From positions 33,670-97,669 of the forward strand of contig CAXXJS010000032.1 in NCBI GenBank assembly GCA_963662665.2: 64,000 nt of DNA, read 5' to 3'. Both the position numbers and the translations under genes were made by a program. Below are positions 1-11,600 of this stretch, in pieces. Numbering within the stretch: position 1 is the first letter of the stretch; every line of letters starts with the position of its first letter. Below the pieces are notes generated by a model, which was not told where the DNA came from, did no database searches, and worked only from the letters and a program-made list of their open reading frames with translations. The DNA is from Candidatus Latescibacterota bacterium. GTDB lineage: Bacteria; Latescibacterota; UBA2968; GCA-2709665.

Positions 1-351
1 AATCCCGTGTTTATCTACCACGACGCTTTCAATCCGAATCTGGAAGAAGTGGCGGACCTGAAGTCGAGGTACCGCGCAGGGACTGTCGGCGACGTGGAGG
101 TGAAAGAGAAGCTGACCCGGGCGCTGAACGATTTTCTCGACCCGATACGGGAGCGAAGGGCGAGATACGAAGCGGATGCCGGGTACGTCGAAATGGTCTT
201 GTACGAAGGAACGCAACGCGTCCAGGTGGTGGCTGATGAAACGTTAAAGGCAATGAAGAAGGCGATGGGGCTTACCGGTGTCTGGAACCGTATATCCAGG
301 AAAGCCCGGGACCGGACGAAGAAGCGCGAGGCTACGGGCTCCGGACCGTGA
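1..351 (+). CDS. trpS: Tryptophanyl-tRNA synthetase, C-terminal part (runs off window start)
   Basis: NPVFIYHDAF...LKSRYRAGTVGDVEVKEKL...FLDPIRERRA matches the TrpRS anticodon-binding C-terminus. Confidence 0.88.
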   Translation, partial: NPVFIYHDAFNPNLEEVADLKSRYRAGTVGDVEVKEKLTRALNDFLDPIRERRARYEADAGYVEMVLYEGTQRVQVVADETLKAMKKAMGLTGVWNRISRKARDRTKKREATGSGP

Positions 352-388
352 GGAAGTCGTTGGGACCGTGGAATTGCGTTACGGAAAC

Positions 389-1336
389 CTATTGGGACAG
401 GGAAACAGGGCCGCTGTTGGCGGCCTTGAACAGGCCGGCGGCGAGCTCTTCAATGCGCTCGCGCCATGCCAGTTTGTCGAGCCATCCGGCCGGAGCGCTC
501 GACATGCCCCACAACGCGCCCGCAAGCTGGCCGGTGACGGCGGCCACCGTGTCGGCGTCATCGGCGAGATTGGCGGCCAGAATCAGGGCATCCTCAATCG
601 ATTCCGATCTGCTCGCGCACCACAACGCCGCTTCGAGCGTGTGCAGTACGTATCCCGATGAAGAAATGGCGTCGCGCCCCTTTGCGCGCCACGATCCGGC
701 GGCCACCTCGGCGATCTGAGCGTCGCCGATCCAGTCCCTCCCGCGCAGGACGTTCTCCTTAGGCGCTCCCGCGATCGCTTCGATCAGCAGTTCGGCGTAG
801 AGGGCGCAAGCCTCAACGGCTTGTGGAGCGCCGTGCGTGGTCCGGCTCTGCAACCGCGCGGCCGCCGTCGCACCGGATCTGTCGCGCCACCAGCGGATCG
901 CCACCGGCGACAGGCGCATGAGCGAACCGTTGCCCGCGCTGTGTGGATCGGTGCTGCCGCTCAACGGCTCGCCGGTTTTCCGAAAAGAACGGAGCGCGCC
1001 GTCCGTGGCATTGCCGATATCGAAACACACGCCGGTGACCGAGTTATACCCTTCCTCGCGCCACCGGAGGAACCGTACCATCAGGTCCTTCACGTCTAGC
1101 CCGCCCCGTTCAAGCAACGACTCCGCGAGGCACAGGGCCATGCTCGTATCGTCGGTCCACTCCCCGGCGGCCAGGCCGAACGGGCCTCCGCCAACCAGGT
1201 CCGTAACCGGCGGCCTCGTGTCCCGCGATGTGAATTCAAGCGTTGTGCCCACCGCGTCGCCCAGCGCGAGCCCCACCAGAGCGCCCTTTGCGCGATCCAG
1301 AGCCCCCGCCATATCAGCGTTTGTCGCCTGACCCAT
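389..1336 (-). CDS. ADP-ribosylglycohydrolase (DraG/ARH family)
   Basis: GLALGDAVG, GEWTDDTSMAL, SAGNGSLMRLSP, THG and DDADTVAAVTGQLAGA motifs; start moved to ATG 1336 (GAGGG upstream) because the longer ORF overlaps the TonB receptor gene. Confidence 0.92.
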   Translation of the reverse strand: MGQATNADMAGALDRAKGALVGLALGDAVGTTLEFTSRDTRPPVTDLVGGGPFGLAAGEWTDDTSMALCLAESLLERGGLDVKDLMVRFLRWREEGYNSVTGVCFDIGNATDGALRSFRKTGEPLSGSTDPHSAGNGSLMRLSPVAIRWWRDRSGATAAARLQSRTTHGAPQAVEACALYAELLIEAIAGAPKENVLRGRDWIGDAQIAEVAAGSWRAKGRDAISSSGYVLHTLEAALWCASRSESIEDALILAANLADDADTVAAVTGQLAGALWGMSSAPAGWLDKLAWRERIEELAAGLFKAANSGPVSLSQ

Positions 1337-1406
1337 CACGCTACCCTCGCGAATTCTCCACAAAAGGCTCGTTATCGGACGTGCTTCGGGACCTCGGCCT
1401 TGTACG

Positions 1407-1441
1407 AGAGGGGGTGCGGCAACCGCCGCACCCCCTCTTTT
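1407..1441. terminator. Perfect 14-bp stem-loop, probable intrinsic terminator
   Basis: AGAGGGGGTGCGGC-AACC-GCCGCACCCCCTCT followed by Ts on +; lies just past the 3' end of the TonB receptor gene. Confidence 0.65.
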
Positions 1442-1458
1442 GTCATCCACCGTCGTCA

Positions 1459-4416
1459 TCAGAACCGCATGCTGACCTGGCTGAAAACGAGGCGGCCCAC
1501 TTCCGGTGCGCCGATGAACGATCGGTAGTGCGTATTCAGGACGTTGCTCCCGTCGATATGCAGAACCACGTCCTTTTCGACCGGCAACCGATAGTTCATC
1601 GTCAGGTCGACAACCGTGTAGGCGTCCACGTCGCCCACGTACACCCCCGATTGCATGGGAAAAGAATCGGTGAAGCGCAACGCGCTGCCCACCGACAGCC
1701 CCAACCGGGAAAACTCGTACGACGCCCCCAGTTTGAACTTGTGCCGGGGAGAATTCAGCGTGATATCGCCGCCACCCGGGACATGGGTATATTTCAGGTT
1801 CTCGAAGAAATTCTTGTTCACATAGGAATAGTTGCCCGTCAACCGCCATTGCGCCGTTGGATAGTAGGCCAGGCTCAGGTCCAGCCCGCGAATGGTGATA
1901 TCTTCATAGTTGCGGTAGGTCAACACCATCGCGTAGGGATCGGACGCCTGTTCGGGCGACACCGTTCCGTAAGGGATCGCCGCCGCCCCGGCCACAAAGA
2001 TGGCGGTCAGTTCGTCCACCGGCGTACCGTTATTGTTGCCCTCGAGCAGTCCCGGCACCTGCACTGCGTCGATCAGTTGGATTCCTGCGGCGAGCACCGC
2101 GTTGGATGGATCGGACAGCGTCTGTTCGAATCCCCGGCTCAGAGCCTCGGCAAGGCTTTCCGGTTCGAGAAAGACGTTGGGGGTTTCCACCGAAACCGAA
2201 CCCACGTAATTTTCGATCCTGGACTGATACAGATCCGCGGCCACGATGAGTTTGTCGGCCAGGACGCCCTTGTATCCGAACTCGATCGTCCTGGTAATCG
2301 CCGACTGGATGCGCGGTACGTCATAGGCCGTAACCGGAGTGGCGCCGTCCGACTCGACAAAGAAGAACGGCTGTTGGATATTTTCCGGATCTTCGCCCAG
2401 CGGCGGCGTTGCGATATTCAGTCGACCCATGACATTGCGAAGACCGGTCAATCGCTCGGGGACGATACCGGGAAAGGCATCAGCCAGTCCATTCGCGAAA
2501 GACCGGGCCTCTTCGGCGCCCATGCCCTGTTCGATCAGGATGCCGACGGCCATTTCCTTTACCGTTGGCAACAGCTGCTCAAGCACCACCTCCCTGCCGA
2601 TGCCCCACATCACGTTCGTGAAGACCGGGTCATCCATGCGCAGATACCCGTCGGCCGGAAGGCCGGCCACCGGGGCAAAAGGCGAGCGGAACAGAGGGCG
2701 GCCCCCTTCACGGCGGAACGTGAAGCCGTAGTCGTTGTCCTGGTAGTTCCCCTGAGTCCAGAGGTCGATCGGATCGAACGCCAGTCCGCGCGCCGTAAAC
2801 ATCGGTGTGAAAATGCCGCTGAAACCGAAGGGGTCCCGGGTTGCCAGCAGATCGAGGTACAGATTATTCGACGTGGGTGTGGTGAAAGCCCGGTTGAACG
2901 TCAGACGCCACGTCTGGCTCGGCTTCAGCTTGAACACCAGCGCGGCCCGGGGCGAGAATTCGGGGTCCGCGAGGCGGCTGTGGTAGTCGTAGCGCAGAGC
3001 AAGCACGAGATCCAGCATCCTGGAAAGGGAGGTTTCACTCTGCAGGTAGACGCCGAACTCGTTCAGATCGTCGTCATCCTCGTTCCTGCCCATAATTGTC
3101 TTTTCGGTATCCGGGCGCGTCAGCAGTGCGTCCAGGCCGTACGTAAACCGCTGCCGGGAACCCAGTTTCGACACGTGTTGCGCCTGGAATACCGTGAGGG
3201 AGGACTTGTCAACCACCGGATCGCCTGTACGCAGCAGGAAAGTGCCGCCGGAATCGGTCCAGTTGCGGAAGGCCTGAACAAACCAGTCGCCGTACAGAAC
3301 GCGCATCTGAGCGTAGTTGTACTGCCAGTCTCTCGTCTGTGAGGCCCCCACGCCAGTCAGCCCCACCAGGTCCGCCTTGTTGTGCCCGGCTGAAAAAATG
3401 GCAGTGAAGTTGTCGGAGGCGCGCCAGTCCAGACGCGCTTCCAGGCCTAGATTGTTGGTCTCGGGATTGCGGGTTGGAAGCCGCGAAAGGTCCAGGCCCG
3501 ATGCGATTTCCTCCTCCCTGCGTTCCCTGGCTCGCACTTCCTCCGGATCTGTATAATCCCACTCCACCCCGGTATAGTACCGTGCGGACACCTTGTAGCC
3601 CACCCGGTCGCCGACTTTGCCGGCGTGCCGAAGTGAGGCCTGGCGCAGGCTGCGCTCTCCGTATCCGAAATGCGCGCTCGTGCCCTGGGAGGTAAAGGGT
3701 GAATGGGTGATAATGTGCATAACGCCGTCCGCGCTGTTGGGTCCGTACAGCGCGGAACCGGGCCCCAGAACCACCTCGATTCGTTCCACGTCGTCGCTGG
3801 TAATGGGAATGAAATTCGGGGCGTTGACCCGCACGGACGGCACCCGGGCAAGCCGGTTGTCCGTCATCATGAGCAGCGTGCCCGTGAATACGCTGTTGAA
3901 GCCGCGCACCACGATGCTGCTGTTCGCCAGTCCGGTTTTCGCGAAGTCCACCGACGGCAGGTCCTTTACGTGGTCGGCGACGTTCATCGAGGGATTGTTA
4001 CGGATATCGGAGGTCTCGACCACCGAGACCGAAGCGGGAGCGTCCGAGATCTTCTCCCGCCGTCGTGAAGCGGAGACCACGCTCTTCTCCAGGAAGATGA
4101 CCTGTTCCTTGAGGATCACATCCAGCCTGGTTGACCGGCCTCGCTGCACCGACACGTTTTCTCGGATTTCGTCCCTGTATCCGATGAATGTGATCTCAAT
4201 CCGGTAATTCCCCTCCGGAACGGCAAATCGGAACCGCCCTTTGTCGCCTGTTGCGACCCGGGTTCGTTCCCCGACGTCCCCACCCAATACGACGACATTG
4301 GCCCCGGGCAGGGTCTCGCCGCCTTCCCCTTTGACCGTCCCTTCGATAAAGCCATTGGACTGGGCCCGGACCGTTACGACCCCCAGCACCAACCAGCAGA
4401 ATAGAAACACGCGCAC
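1459..4416 (-). CDS. TonB-dependent outer-membrane receptor with N-terminal carboxypeptidase-regulatory-like domain
   Basis: Signal peptide, GETLPGANVVV, VVSASRR, plug motif DVERIEVVLGPGSALYG, beta-barrel strands, C-terminal Phe. Confidence 0.93.
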   Translation of the reverse strand: MRVFLFCWLVLGVVTVRAQSNGFIEGTVKGEGGETLPGANVVVLGGDVGERTRVATGDKGRFRFAVPEGNYRIEITFIGYRDEIRENVSVQRGRSTRLDVILKEQVIFLEKSVVSASRRREKISDAPASVSVVETSDIRNNPSMNVADHVKDLPSVDFAKTGLANSSIVVRGFNSVFTGTLLMMTDNRLARVPSVRVNAPNFIPITSDDVERIEVVLGPGSALYGPNSADGVMHIITHSPFTSQGTSAHFGYGERSLRQASLRHAGKVGDRVGYKVSARYYTGVEWDYTDPEEVRARERREEEIASGLDLSRLPTRNPETNNLGLEARLDWRASDNFTAIFSAGHNKADLVGLTGVGASQTRDWQYNYAQMRVLYGDWFVQAFRNWTDSGGTFLLRTGDPVVDKSSLTVFQAQHVSKLGSRQRFTYGLDALLTRPDTEKTIMGRNEDDDDLNEFGVYLQSETSLSRMLDLVLALRYDYHSRLADPEFSPRAALVFKLKPSQTWRLTFNRAFTTPTSNNLYLDLLATRDPFGFSGIFTPMFTARGLAFDPIDLWTQGNYQDNDYGFTFRREGGRPLFRSPFAPVAGLPADGYLRMDDPVFTNVMWGIGREVVLEQLLPTVKEMAVGILIEQGMGAEEARSFANGLADAFPGIVPERLTGLRNVMGRLNIATPPLGEDPENIQQPFFFVESDGATPVTAYDVPRIQSAITRTIEFGYKGVLADKLIVAADLYQSRIENYVGSVSVETPNVFLEPESLAEALSRGFEQTLSDPSNAVLAAGIQLIDAVQVPGLLEGNNNGTPVDELTAIFVAGAAAIPYGTVSPEQASDPYAMVLTYRNYEDITIRGLDLSLAYYPTAQWRLTGNYSYVNKNFFENLKYTHVPGGGDITLNSPRHKFKLGASYEFSRLGLSVGSALRFTDSFPMQSGVYVGDVDAYTVVDLTMNYRLPVEKDVVLHIDGSNVLNTHYRSFIGAPEVGRLVFSQVSMRF

Positions 4417-4661
4417 CGTCTTTCCCCCTCAAGCGATCAGGGCCGAACCCTGAAATGGCGGATTGAGATAGGAAACGCCTTGGGTATGAGAAATCACTCC
4501 AATGACTTGACGCCCGTTTCTGCCGTCATTCAACGAACTTTCCCCGGCAAATCCCGGACCCGAAGCCATCATTCGGGCCGTCGCAAAGATGCCTCGTGAA
4601 CTGAATTCCTGAGGATGCCTGCTACCGGCCATTGTTCGAATTTCGATTTTTGTTATATATT

Positions 4662-4691
4662 AAGTTACAAGGCAATACCCGACTTTGTCAA
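4662..4691 (-). promoter_or_regulatory. Putative sigma70 promoter of the TonB receptor
   Basis: Minus strand TTGACA-N18-TAACTT in an AT-rich divergent intergenic region. Confidence 0.4.
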
Positions 4692-4820
4692 CTTTCGAAT
4701 TACCGTGGACGTTCAGGTGATTTGAGAGCTCGGCGGGGACCTGACAGACTCGTGAATCGCCGAAACCCGGATGCCGGGAACAACGCAACAGGATGTGATC
4801 CCTATTGAAAGGGGGTCCGG

Positions 4821-5612
4821 ATGCGAACCGGAATGTGTGTTCTCCCCGTTATTCTGAGCCTCGCAATTGTCGCGTGTAAAGACTCAGTCGGACCTGACTA
4901 TATCGAGACAATTGAAGTTACCGTGGGTCCGACCCTGGCCAGATGCTACGGCGTTGGCGAACAGACCTGTATGGTGGTTGACGGCAGGTTGTTTTACGAC
5001 GGCATCGAAGGATTTAACTACGAACCCGGCTTCACCTACCGCCTGCGGATCGGGAAATACGACCCCTGGAATGGAGAAGAGCCACCCCAGGATGCGGGCC
5101 GATACGCCTATCGTCTGCTTGAACAGCTGGATAAAACCCGCGCCCCATCCACTCCGGCGACGTTGCTTATCGGGCCAACACGGGTTACGTGCTCGAATTC
5201 GGATGACTTCTGCCTGCTGGTTAACGGTGTTCCATACGACGACATCGTCACGAACTTTGAATACGAGGCGGGTTTTTACTATACCTTAAATGTAAACAAA
5301 TTTGGCGATGGCCGCCATGTGCTCGATGAAATCGTCACAAAGGACGAGGCGACGGGGACGGACGAGGAAATAATCGTGGTTGGGCCGGGCCGAGTACACT
5401 GCGACGATAATCGTTCCATCTACTGCAAAGTTGTCAATGGAGTCCCGTTTCGAAGTGAAATCGTTGGCTTCCAGCCATGGCACGGCTATAACTACCGACT
5501 GCGCGTGGTACGATTCAGCATGTTCCCAGGCGGCGTAACGCCGCCGTCAAACAATATCCCTACCTACGGGTATCGCTGGCTGGAAACGCTCGAGCGAAGT
5601 CCCGGGAATTGA
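4821..5612 (+). CDS. Lipoprotein with three DUF4377-like repeats
   Basis: Lipobox-like LAIVAC; three repeats of VGP..x.C...C.VV.G..F...I.GF.YE.G..Y.L.V; RBS GGGGG upstream. Confidence 0.75.
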   Translation: MRTGMCVLPVILSLAIVACKDSVGPDYIETIEVTVGPTLARCYGVGEQTCMVVDGRLFYDGIEGFNYEPGFTYRLRIGKYDPWNGEEPPQDAGRYAYRLLEQLDKTRAPSTPATLLIGPTRVTCSNSDDFCLLVNGVPYDDIVTNFEYEAGFYYTLNVNKFGDGRHVLDEIVTKDEATGTDEEIIVVGPGRVHCDDNRSIYCKVVNGVPFRSEIVGFQPWHGYNYRLRVVRFSMFPGGVTPPSNNIPTYGYRWLETLERSPGN

Positions 5613-5652
5613 ACCCTGGCAGCCCGATAGATGAGTTCATCAGGAGAGGTAC

Positions 5653-8600
5653 ATGACGGAGTCAGATCGGCAATTCGATTCTTCGGAAAAACGACGAACC
5701 GGACATGAAGGTCCCGTGTCCGCGCAACCCATAGCGATCGTGGGTATAGCCTGTCGATTCCCAAGTGCGTCTGACGTTCCTGGATTCTGGCAATTGCTCG
5801 ATTCTGGCGGAAACGCCGTCAGTGAGGGGGTGCCGGGTTCCGGCAGCGGGCGCGTCGGCGAACTGTTTCCGGACCGTGAAGCCCAGGCCGCCGCCTGCAG
5901 GTACGGCGCATACCTGGACGGGCTGGAACTCTTCGATGCGTCGTTCTTTCGCATTTCACCGGCCGAGGCGCAACTGCTTGACCCCCAGCAGCGACTCATG
6001 CTGGAGACAAGCTGGCGGGCTCTCGAGGATGCGGGGATGGATCCGGATGGTCTGAAAGGAAGCCGGACCGGGGTCTACGCCGGGATCAGCAACAACGAAT
6101 ACCGGGGCCTGATTCTGGATGCCAGCGACACGGCAGAGCCGGCTCCCAGCCTCTATTCGGTAACCGGTACTTCTTTTAATACAGCGATCGGCCGGGTTGC
6201 TTACGTGCTGGGTCTGGAGGGGCCGGCGATTGCACTGGACACCGCCTGTTCCTCGTCGCTGGTCGCCATTCACCAGGCGGTCTCGGGCCTGGAACGTGGG
6301 GAGTCCGATCTCGCCCTGGCGGGAGGCGTACACGCGATTCTGTCCGGCCGACTGCTGGAAATGCGCGCAAATGCCGGCATGCTGTCGCCGGACGGGAGAT
6401 GCGCAACGTTCGACGCGGCCGCGAATGGGTACGTACGCGGCGAAGGATGCGGAATCGTGGTTCTGAAACGTTTGAGCGAGGCGGAGGCGGACGGGAACCG
6501 GATCTGGGCGGTAATCCGGGGATCCGCCGTGAACCAGGACGGGGCGAGCGCGGGACTCACGGTGCCTAACGAAGACGCACAAATGCGGGTCATGGAAAGT
6601 GCGATGCATCGTGCCGGTCTTCGACCCGTGGACGTGGACTACGTAGAGGCGCATGGGACCGGAACCGAGGTGGGCGATCCCATCGAGGCACGCTCGACGG
6701 CTGCGGCCTATGGCAGGGGGCGCCAACCCGACAATCCACTGTTGATCGGTTCCGTAAAGACGAACATTGGCCACCTGGAGGCCGCTGCGGGAGTCGCCGG
6801 TGTCATCAAGGTCGCGCTATCCATGAACCAGGGGATTATTCCACGGCATCTGCACTTCCGCAATCCGAATCCTGAAATGGACTGGGGACGAATGCCACTC
6901 CGGGTGACGGCCGATTCGACAGACTGGCCGCGTCATTCCCATCGTCCGTATCGGGCGGGCATCAGCGGGTTCGGATGGTCGGGAACGAACGCGCATGTGA
7001 TCCTGGAGGGGTACGGAACCGGTGGCGAATCCACGGCGGATTTCGAAAGATTTCAGATGCCCGCCGGCTCTCCACTGAAAGTGGCCGTTTCGCCACGGAA
7101 CGGAAAGGAAGAGGAATCCCTCTCAGGCAGGGACACACGTTTCCTCCCGCTATCGGGAAAGTCGAACGAGGCGCTTTGCGAACTGGCAGGGCGATACGTG
7201 AACTGGCTCGACTCGTGCGCTCTCGAAGCAGACGACGCGGGCGCCGCCGGCGAGATGCTTGCCGATATGGTATGGACGGCAGGCGTGGGACGCAGCCATT
7301 TCACGCACCGGGCGGGCATCGTATTCAGTGATGAGACGTCCCTGCGCGAGGGCTTGCGTGCGGTTGCGGATTCAGGCGCGGTAGCCGGCGTACAAACGCC
7401 CTCACGGGTCGCGTTCCTTTATACCGGTCAGGGTAGCCATTGGGTGGGCATGGGCGAGTCGCTGTACCGGACCGAGCCCGTGGCCCGGACCGTTTTAGAC
7501 CGCTGCGACGCCGAACTGGCAAAAGAGCGGGGTGAATCGCTGCTGGATGCGATGTTCGGACGTTCGGGTGATCTTGCCGACCAGGTCTGGACGCAGGCGG
7601 GGATTTTTTCGCTGGAGTGCGCGTTGACGGCGCTGTGGGAGAGCATCGGCGTCTGCCCCCAGGTTGTGATGGGACACAGTTTCGGGGAACTCGCGGCGGC
7701 GCAGGCGGCGGGCGTATTCAGTCTGGAAGAAGGGGTGCGATTTGCCGCGGCAAGGGGTTCACTCGCGGCAACGCTGCCGGGCGGCGGAGCCATGGCCGCT
7801 ATCTTCGCGGACGTTCCGCAGGTCGAAGCGGCGATAGGTGACCTGAATGCCGCTGCCAGGGGGACGGGTCTGTGCATAGCGGCGTTCAACGGCGCCCATC
7901 AGGTCGTGAGCGGACCGGAAGCCCTCGTCGATGAGATCTCGGAGCGCTTTCTTTCCGAGGATATCCGGGTCAACCGCCTGAATACCGGAAACGCCTTTCA
8001 CAGTCCGTTTGTGGATCCGATGCTGGACGGGTTGGAACGTGTGGTTGCGGGTCTCGAGACATCGCCACCAAAGCTCACACTCGTCAGCAACGTAACGGGC
8101 CGGGTGTTCGAACCGGGTGAGCGGATGGACGGCGCATACTGGCGCCGTCACACACGGGAGCCCGTGGCCTTCAGTCGAAGCATGGAAACGCTGGCGCGTA
8201 TGGGCGTCGATTTGATTGTTGAAGTCGGACCCCACGCCGTGCTGGGATCGATGGCGACTCTGGCTTGGCCTGATACAGCCGGAAACACGGATCCGCCGGT
8301 TGCGCTTTCCAGCCTGCTGCGCCCCTCGACCCGGGTGTCGCAGGCCGAAGCCGACCGCGCGTTTACAAAGGCGGCGGCAAGCGCCTACGAGGCCGGTCTC
8401 CAGCTGTCGTTTTCCGGACTGTACGCAGGGGAAGCGCGCCGTCGCATCGCCCTGCCGGATTATCCGTTTCAGCGCCAGCGCCACTGGATTGATGCACCCC
8501 GTCGTCGCCGGACGAGATCGGATCACGCGTTGTTGGGTGAGCGGCACGAGTCGGCGAGTGGGGAAATTACCTTCGAGACGGATGTATTCCCGTCGGATCC

Positions 8601-11600
8601 CGAGTGGCTGAACGATCATCGGGTATTCGGCCGGGTCCTGGCGCCGGGTGCGCTCTATGGGGCTATGGCGGCATCCGCGGCATCTGCCGAGGTTGGGTCG
8701 TGCAATCTTGAGGACATGCAGTTGCACAACCCTCTCATCTTCCCGGAAGCCGGGGACGAATCCGGAGATGCGGGACGGAAGATCCAGGTTCTGTTCGATG
8801 GCGGCGAGGACGGGGCGTCACGCCGGGTCCGGATCCTCAGCAGAGGACAAGAAGGCGCGGAGTGGACGCTGCACGCAGAGGCGCAGATCGCGTCCGGACC
8901 TCCCGCACCTGGATCCGAACCATGCCCGGATCTGAACAATCTGAAGTCTCGCATGTCGCCGGAGAATGTACCGGCGTTCTACCGCGCTAAAGCCGAGGTG
9001 GGTATCGACCTTGGTCCCCGGTTCCGTACGCTGGGGGCGGTCTGGTCCCGCCCGGGAGAGGCGCTGGGAGAGGTATCTCTCTCCGATGCACAGGATCGCG
9101 GCGGGCTCGATATCCATCCGCTCCTTCTGGACGGGTGTTTTCAGGTGCTGGGCGCCGCGCGCAGTGCAGGAAGCGACGACGACGGAATTACCTATCTGCC
9201 GTTCGCCTGGGAACGGTTCTGGTTGGCGGGACCGCTGCCCGATCAACTGGTCTGCCACGTACGAATGCGGGAAGACGCCAGCAACCGGGAGCCGGATGAG
9301 GAAGCCGGCGAACCTGCGGAGGTCCTTGCAGGGGACCTCCGCGTCTACGACGTGAACGGCGAACTGGTCGGCGAACTGACTGGTTATACCGTCAAACGCG
9401 CCACTCGGGCCACGCTGCTTGCAGCCGTGGAAGGACTCGACGAGCTTCTCTACGAGGTTGTATGGCGCGACGGAGCGCTGGCACCCGGACTGCTCGACGC
9501 CGACTTCCTCCCGAATCCGGAAACGGTCGCGGCGGGCTCGGGGTTTTTCACGAGGTACCTTGAGGCCGAAGGTGTGGGAGCAGAAGCCAGGGACGCTCTG
9601 CTTGAAGATCTCGAGTTGCTGTCTCGGTCCTATGCCCTCCAGACGTTTGACAGGCTGGGTTGGGACCGTAAGGCGGGCGAGTCCGTGGATCCCGAAGAAC
9701 TGCGCGAGCGATTGGGCGTCATTCCGGATCACAAGCGCCTGTTCAGGAGACTGCTCGAAATGCTTTCCCGGTCGGGCGTGCTGAACGAAGCAGGCGATGG
9801 CTTTGTCGTTTTGGTCGGGTCCGGTGACGCGCTGCCCGAGGAACTGCGGGACGACGCCGACGATTGTGCGGTGAGTATGGCCGGGCTGCATTCTCACGGT
9901 TCCAATGAAATCGGTCTGTTTCGACGCTCCGGCAACGCACTGGCCGACGTGCTGCGCGACAAGGAGGACCCGCTCACGCTTCTGTTCAGCAGCGGAGAAC
10001 CGACAGCGGCCGATCTGTATCTGAAGGCGCCTGTCGCGCGCGCTGCGAACAGGATGTTGGGCGACGCGATTCGGACGCTCGTAGCCGGATTACCGCGCGG
10101 ACGGCAGTTACGCATCCTTGAAGTCGGGGCGGGTACCGGTTCGGCGACAGCGTCTGTATTGCCGGAGCTTCCGGACGGGAGTTTCAACTACACGTACACC
10201 GATATTTCGGCGGGCTTTTTCTCGGAGGCCGAGTCGCGTTTTGGAGACGACGCAGTCGAATATCGTGTGCTGGACATTGAGAAGCACCCCGGGGAACAGG
10301 GCTTCGAGGCACACGCATACGACCTGGTCATTGCATCCAACGTGCTGCACGCTACGCGGTACCTCAACGATACACTCTCGCACTGCCGGGAGCTTCTCGC
10401 GCCGTCAGGGCAGTTGGTGGCGCTCGAAAACCTGCGCGGCCAGGGTTGGCTGGACCTGACCTTCGGCCAGTTGGACGGCTGGTGGCGGTTCGCCGACGCC
10501 TATCGTCCGCACCACGCTCTGGCCAGCCCCGCGGTATGGCGGCAGGCGCTGGAGGACGCCGGCTTCGGAATAGTCGAGGTCCTCGGCGTGGACGAGTCGG
10601 GATTGGCCGGCATGCCCGACAGGGGCGTGATTGTCGCGCAGGGGCCGGTGAAAGTGACCGAGCAGGCGGGTACATGGGTTCTCGCGGTCGACGAAGGCGG
10701 CGTCGCCGAACAATTGGCGGCGGAACTTGCGGCGCGGAACCAGACGGTGGTACTGGCGGGCAGGGAAGCTGAATCAAAATGCTCCTCTCGAGTCGTAAAA
10801 AAAAACGTGGATATGGAGCGGCGCGAGTCCTGGCGGGCGCTGCTGAGCGAACTTCCGGGCGACGCGCCTCTCACCGGCGTTGTGCATCTTGCGTCACTGG
10901 ACGGCCATGGACCGCAGGCCACGACCGCGGAAATGGCGGCGGACGTGAAGCGGGTGACGGCGAGCGCGCTGGCGCTGGTCCAGGGCCTTCTCGACGCCGA
11001 CCTGACACCTGAAAGGGGAACGTGGTTCATAACGGGCGGCGCACAGATACTGGAGCAGGAACGCGGCGGACAGATTGCCGGCGCCACGTTGTGGGGTTTC
11101 AGCAAGGTGGCGGCGCGCGAGGCGCACCACTTGCAGCCGAGGATGATCGATCTCGATCCCGGCGACGCGGCGCCACTGACCGGCGTCGCGAACGAGCTTC
11201 TCTATCCGGATTCCGAAACTCACATCGCTTATCGCTTTGGCCGCCGCCAGTGTGCACGGCTGGTTCGGGCGACGGATGTCACGGACCGGTTGACCCTGCC
11301 GGAGGAACCCGGATGGACGCTGGAACCGGACGCCGGCGGCTCCCTCGACGCCATTCAGGTGGCGCCGGAGCCTGAGCAGCCGCTGGCGCCGGGGGAAGTG
11401 CGCGCCGCCATCGAAGCTTTCGGCCTGAACTTCCGGGACGTGTTCATCGCGCTCGGCCTCGTCGACGACTTCATGGGCGGGGAGTTCTGCGGCCGGGTGC
11501 TGGAGGTGGGAGACGGCGTCTCCGGCGTCGAGGTGGGGGATCGCGTCGTCGGAATGACCTTCCGGAACTACGGGTCGGAGACGGTGACCCTGGAAAAGAT

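Noticed and set aside
1337-1849. N-terminal extension of the ADP-ribosylglycohydrolase ORF
   Set aside because: Overlaps the receptor 3' end and the terminator hairpin; family similarity starts near 1336
1243-3342. 699-aa + strand ORF
   Set aside because: Antisense shadow of the TonB receptor gene; no motifs; expected in GC-rich coding DNA
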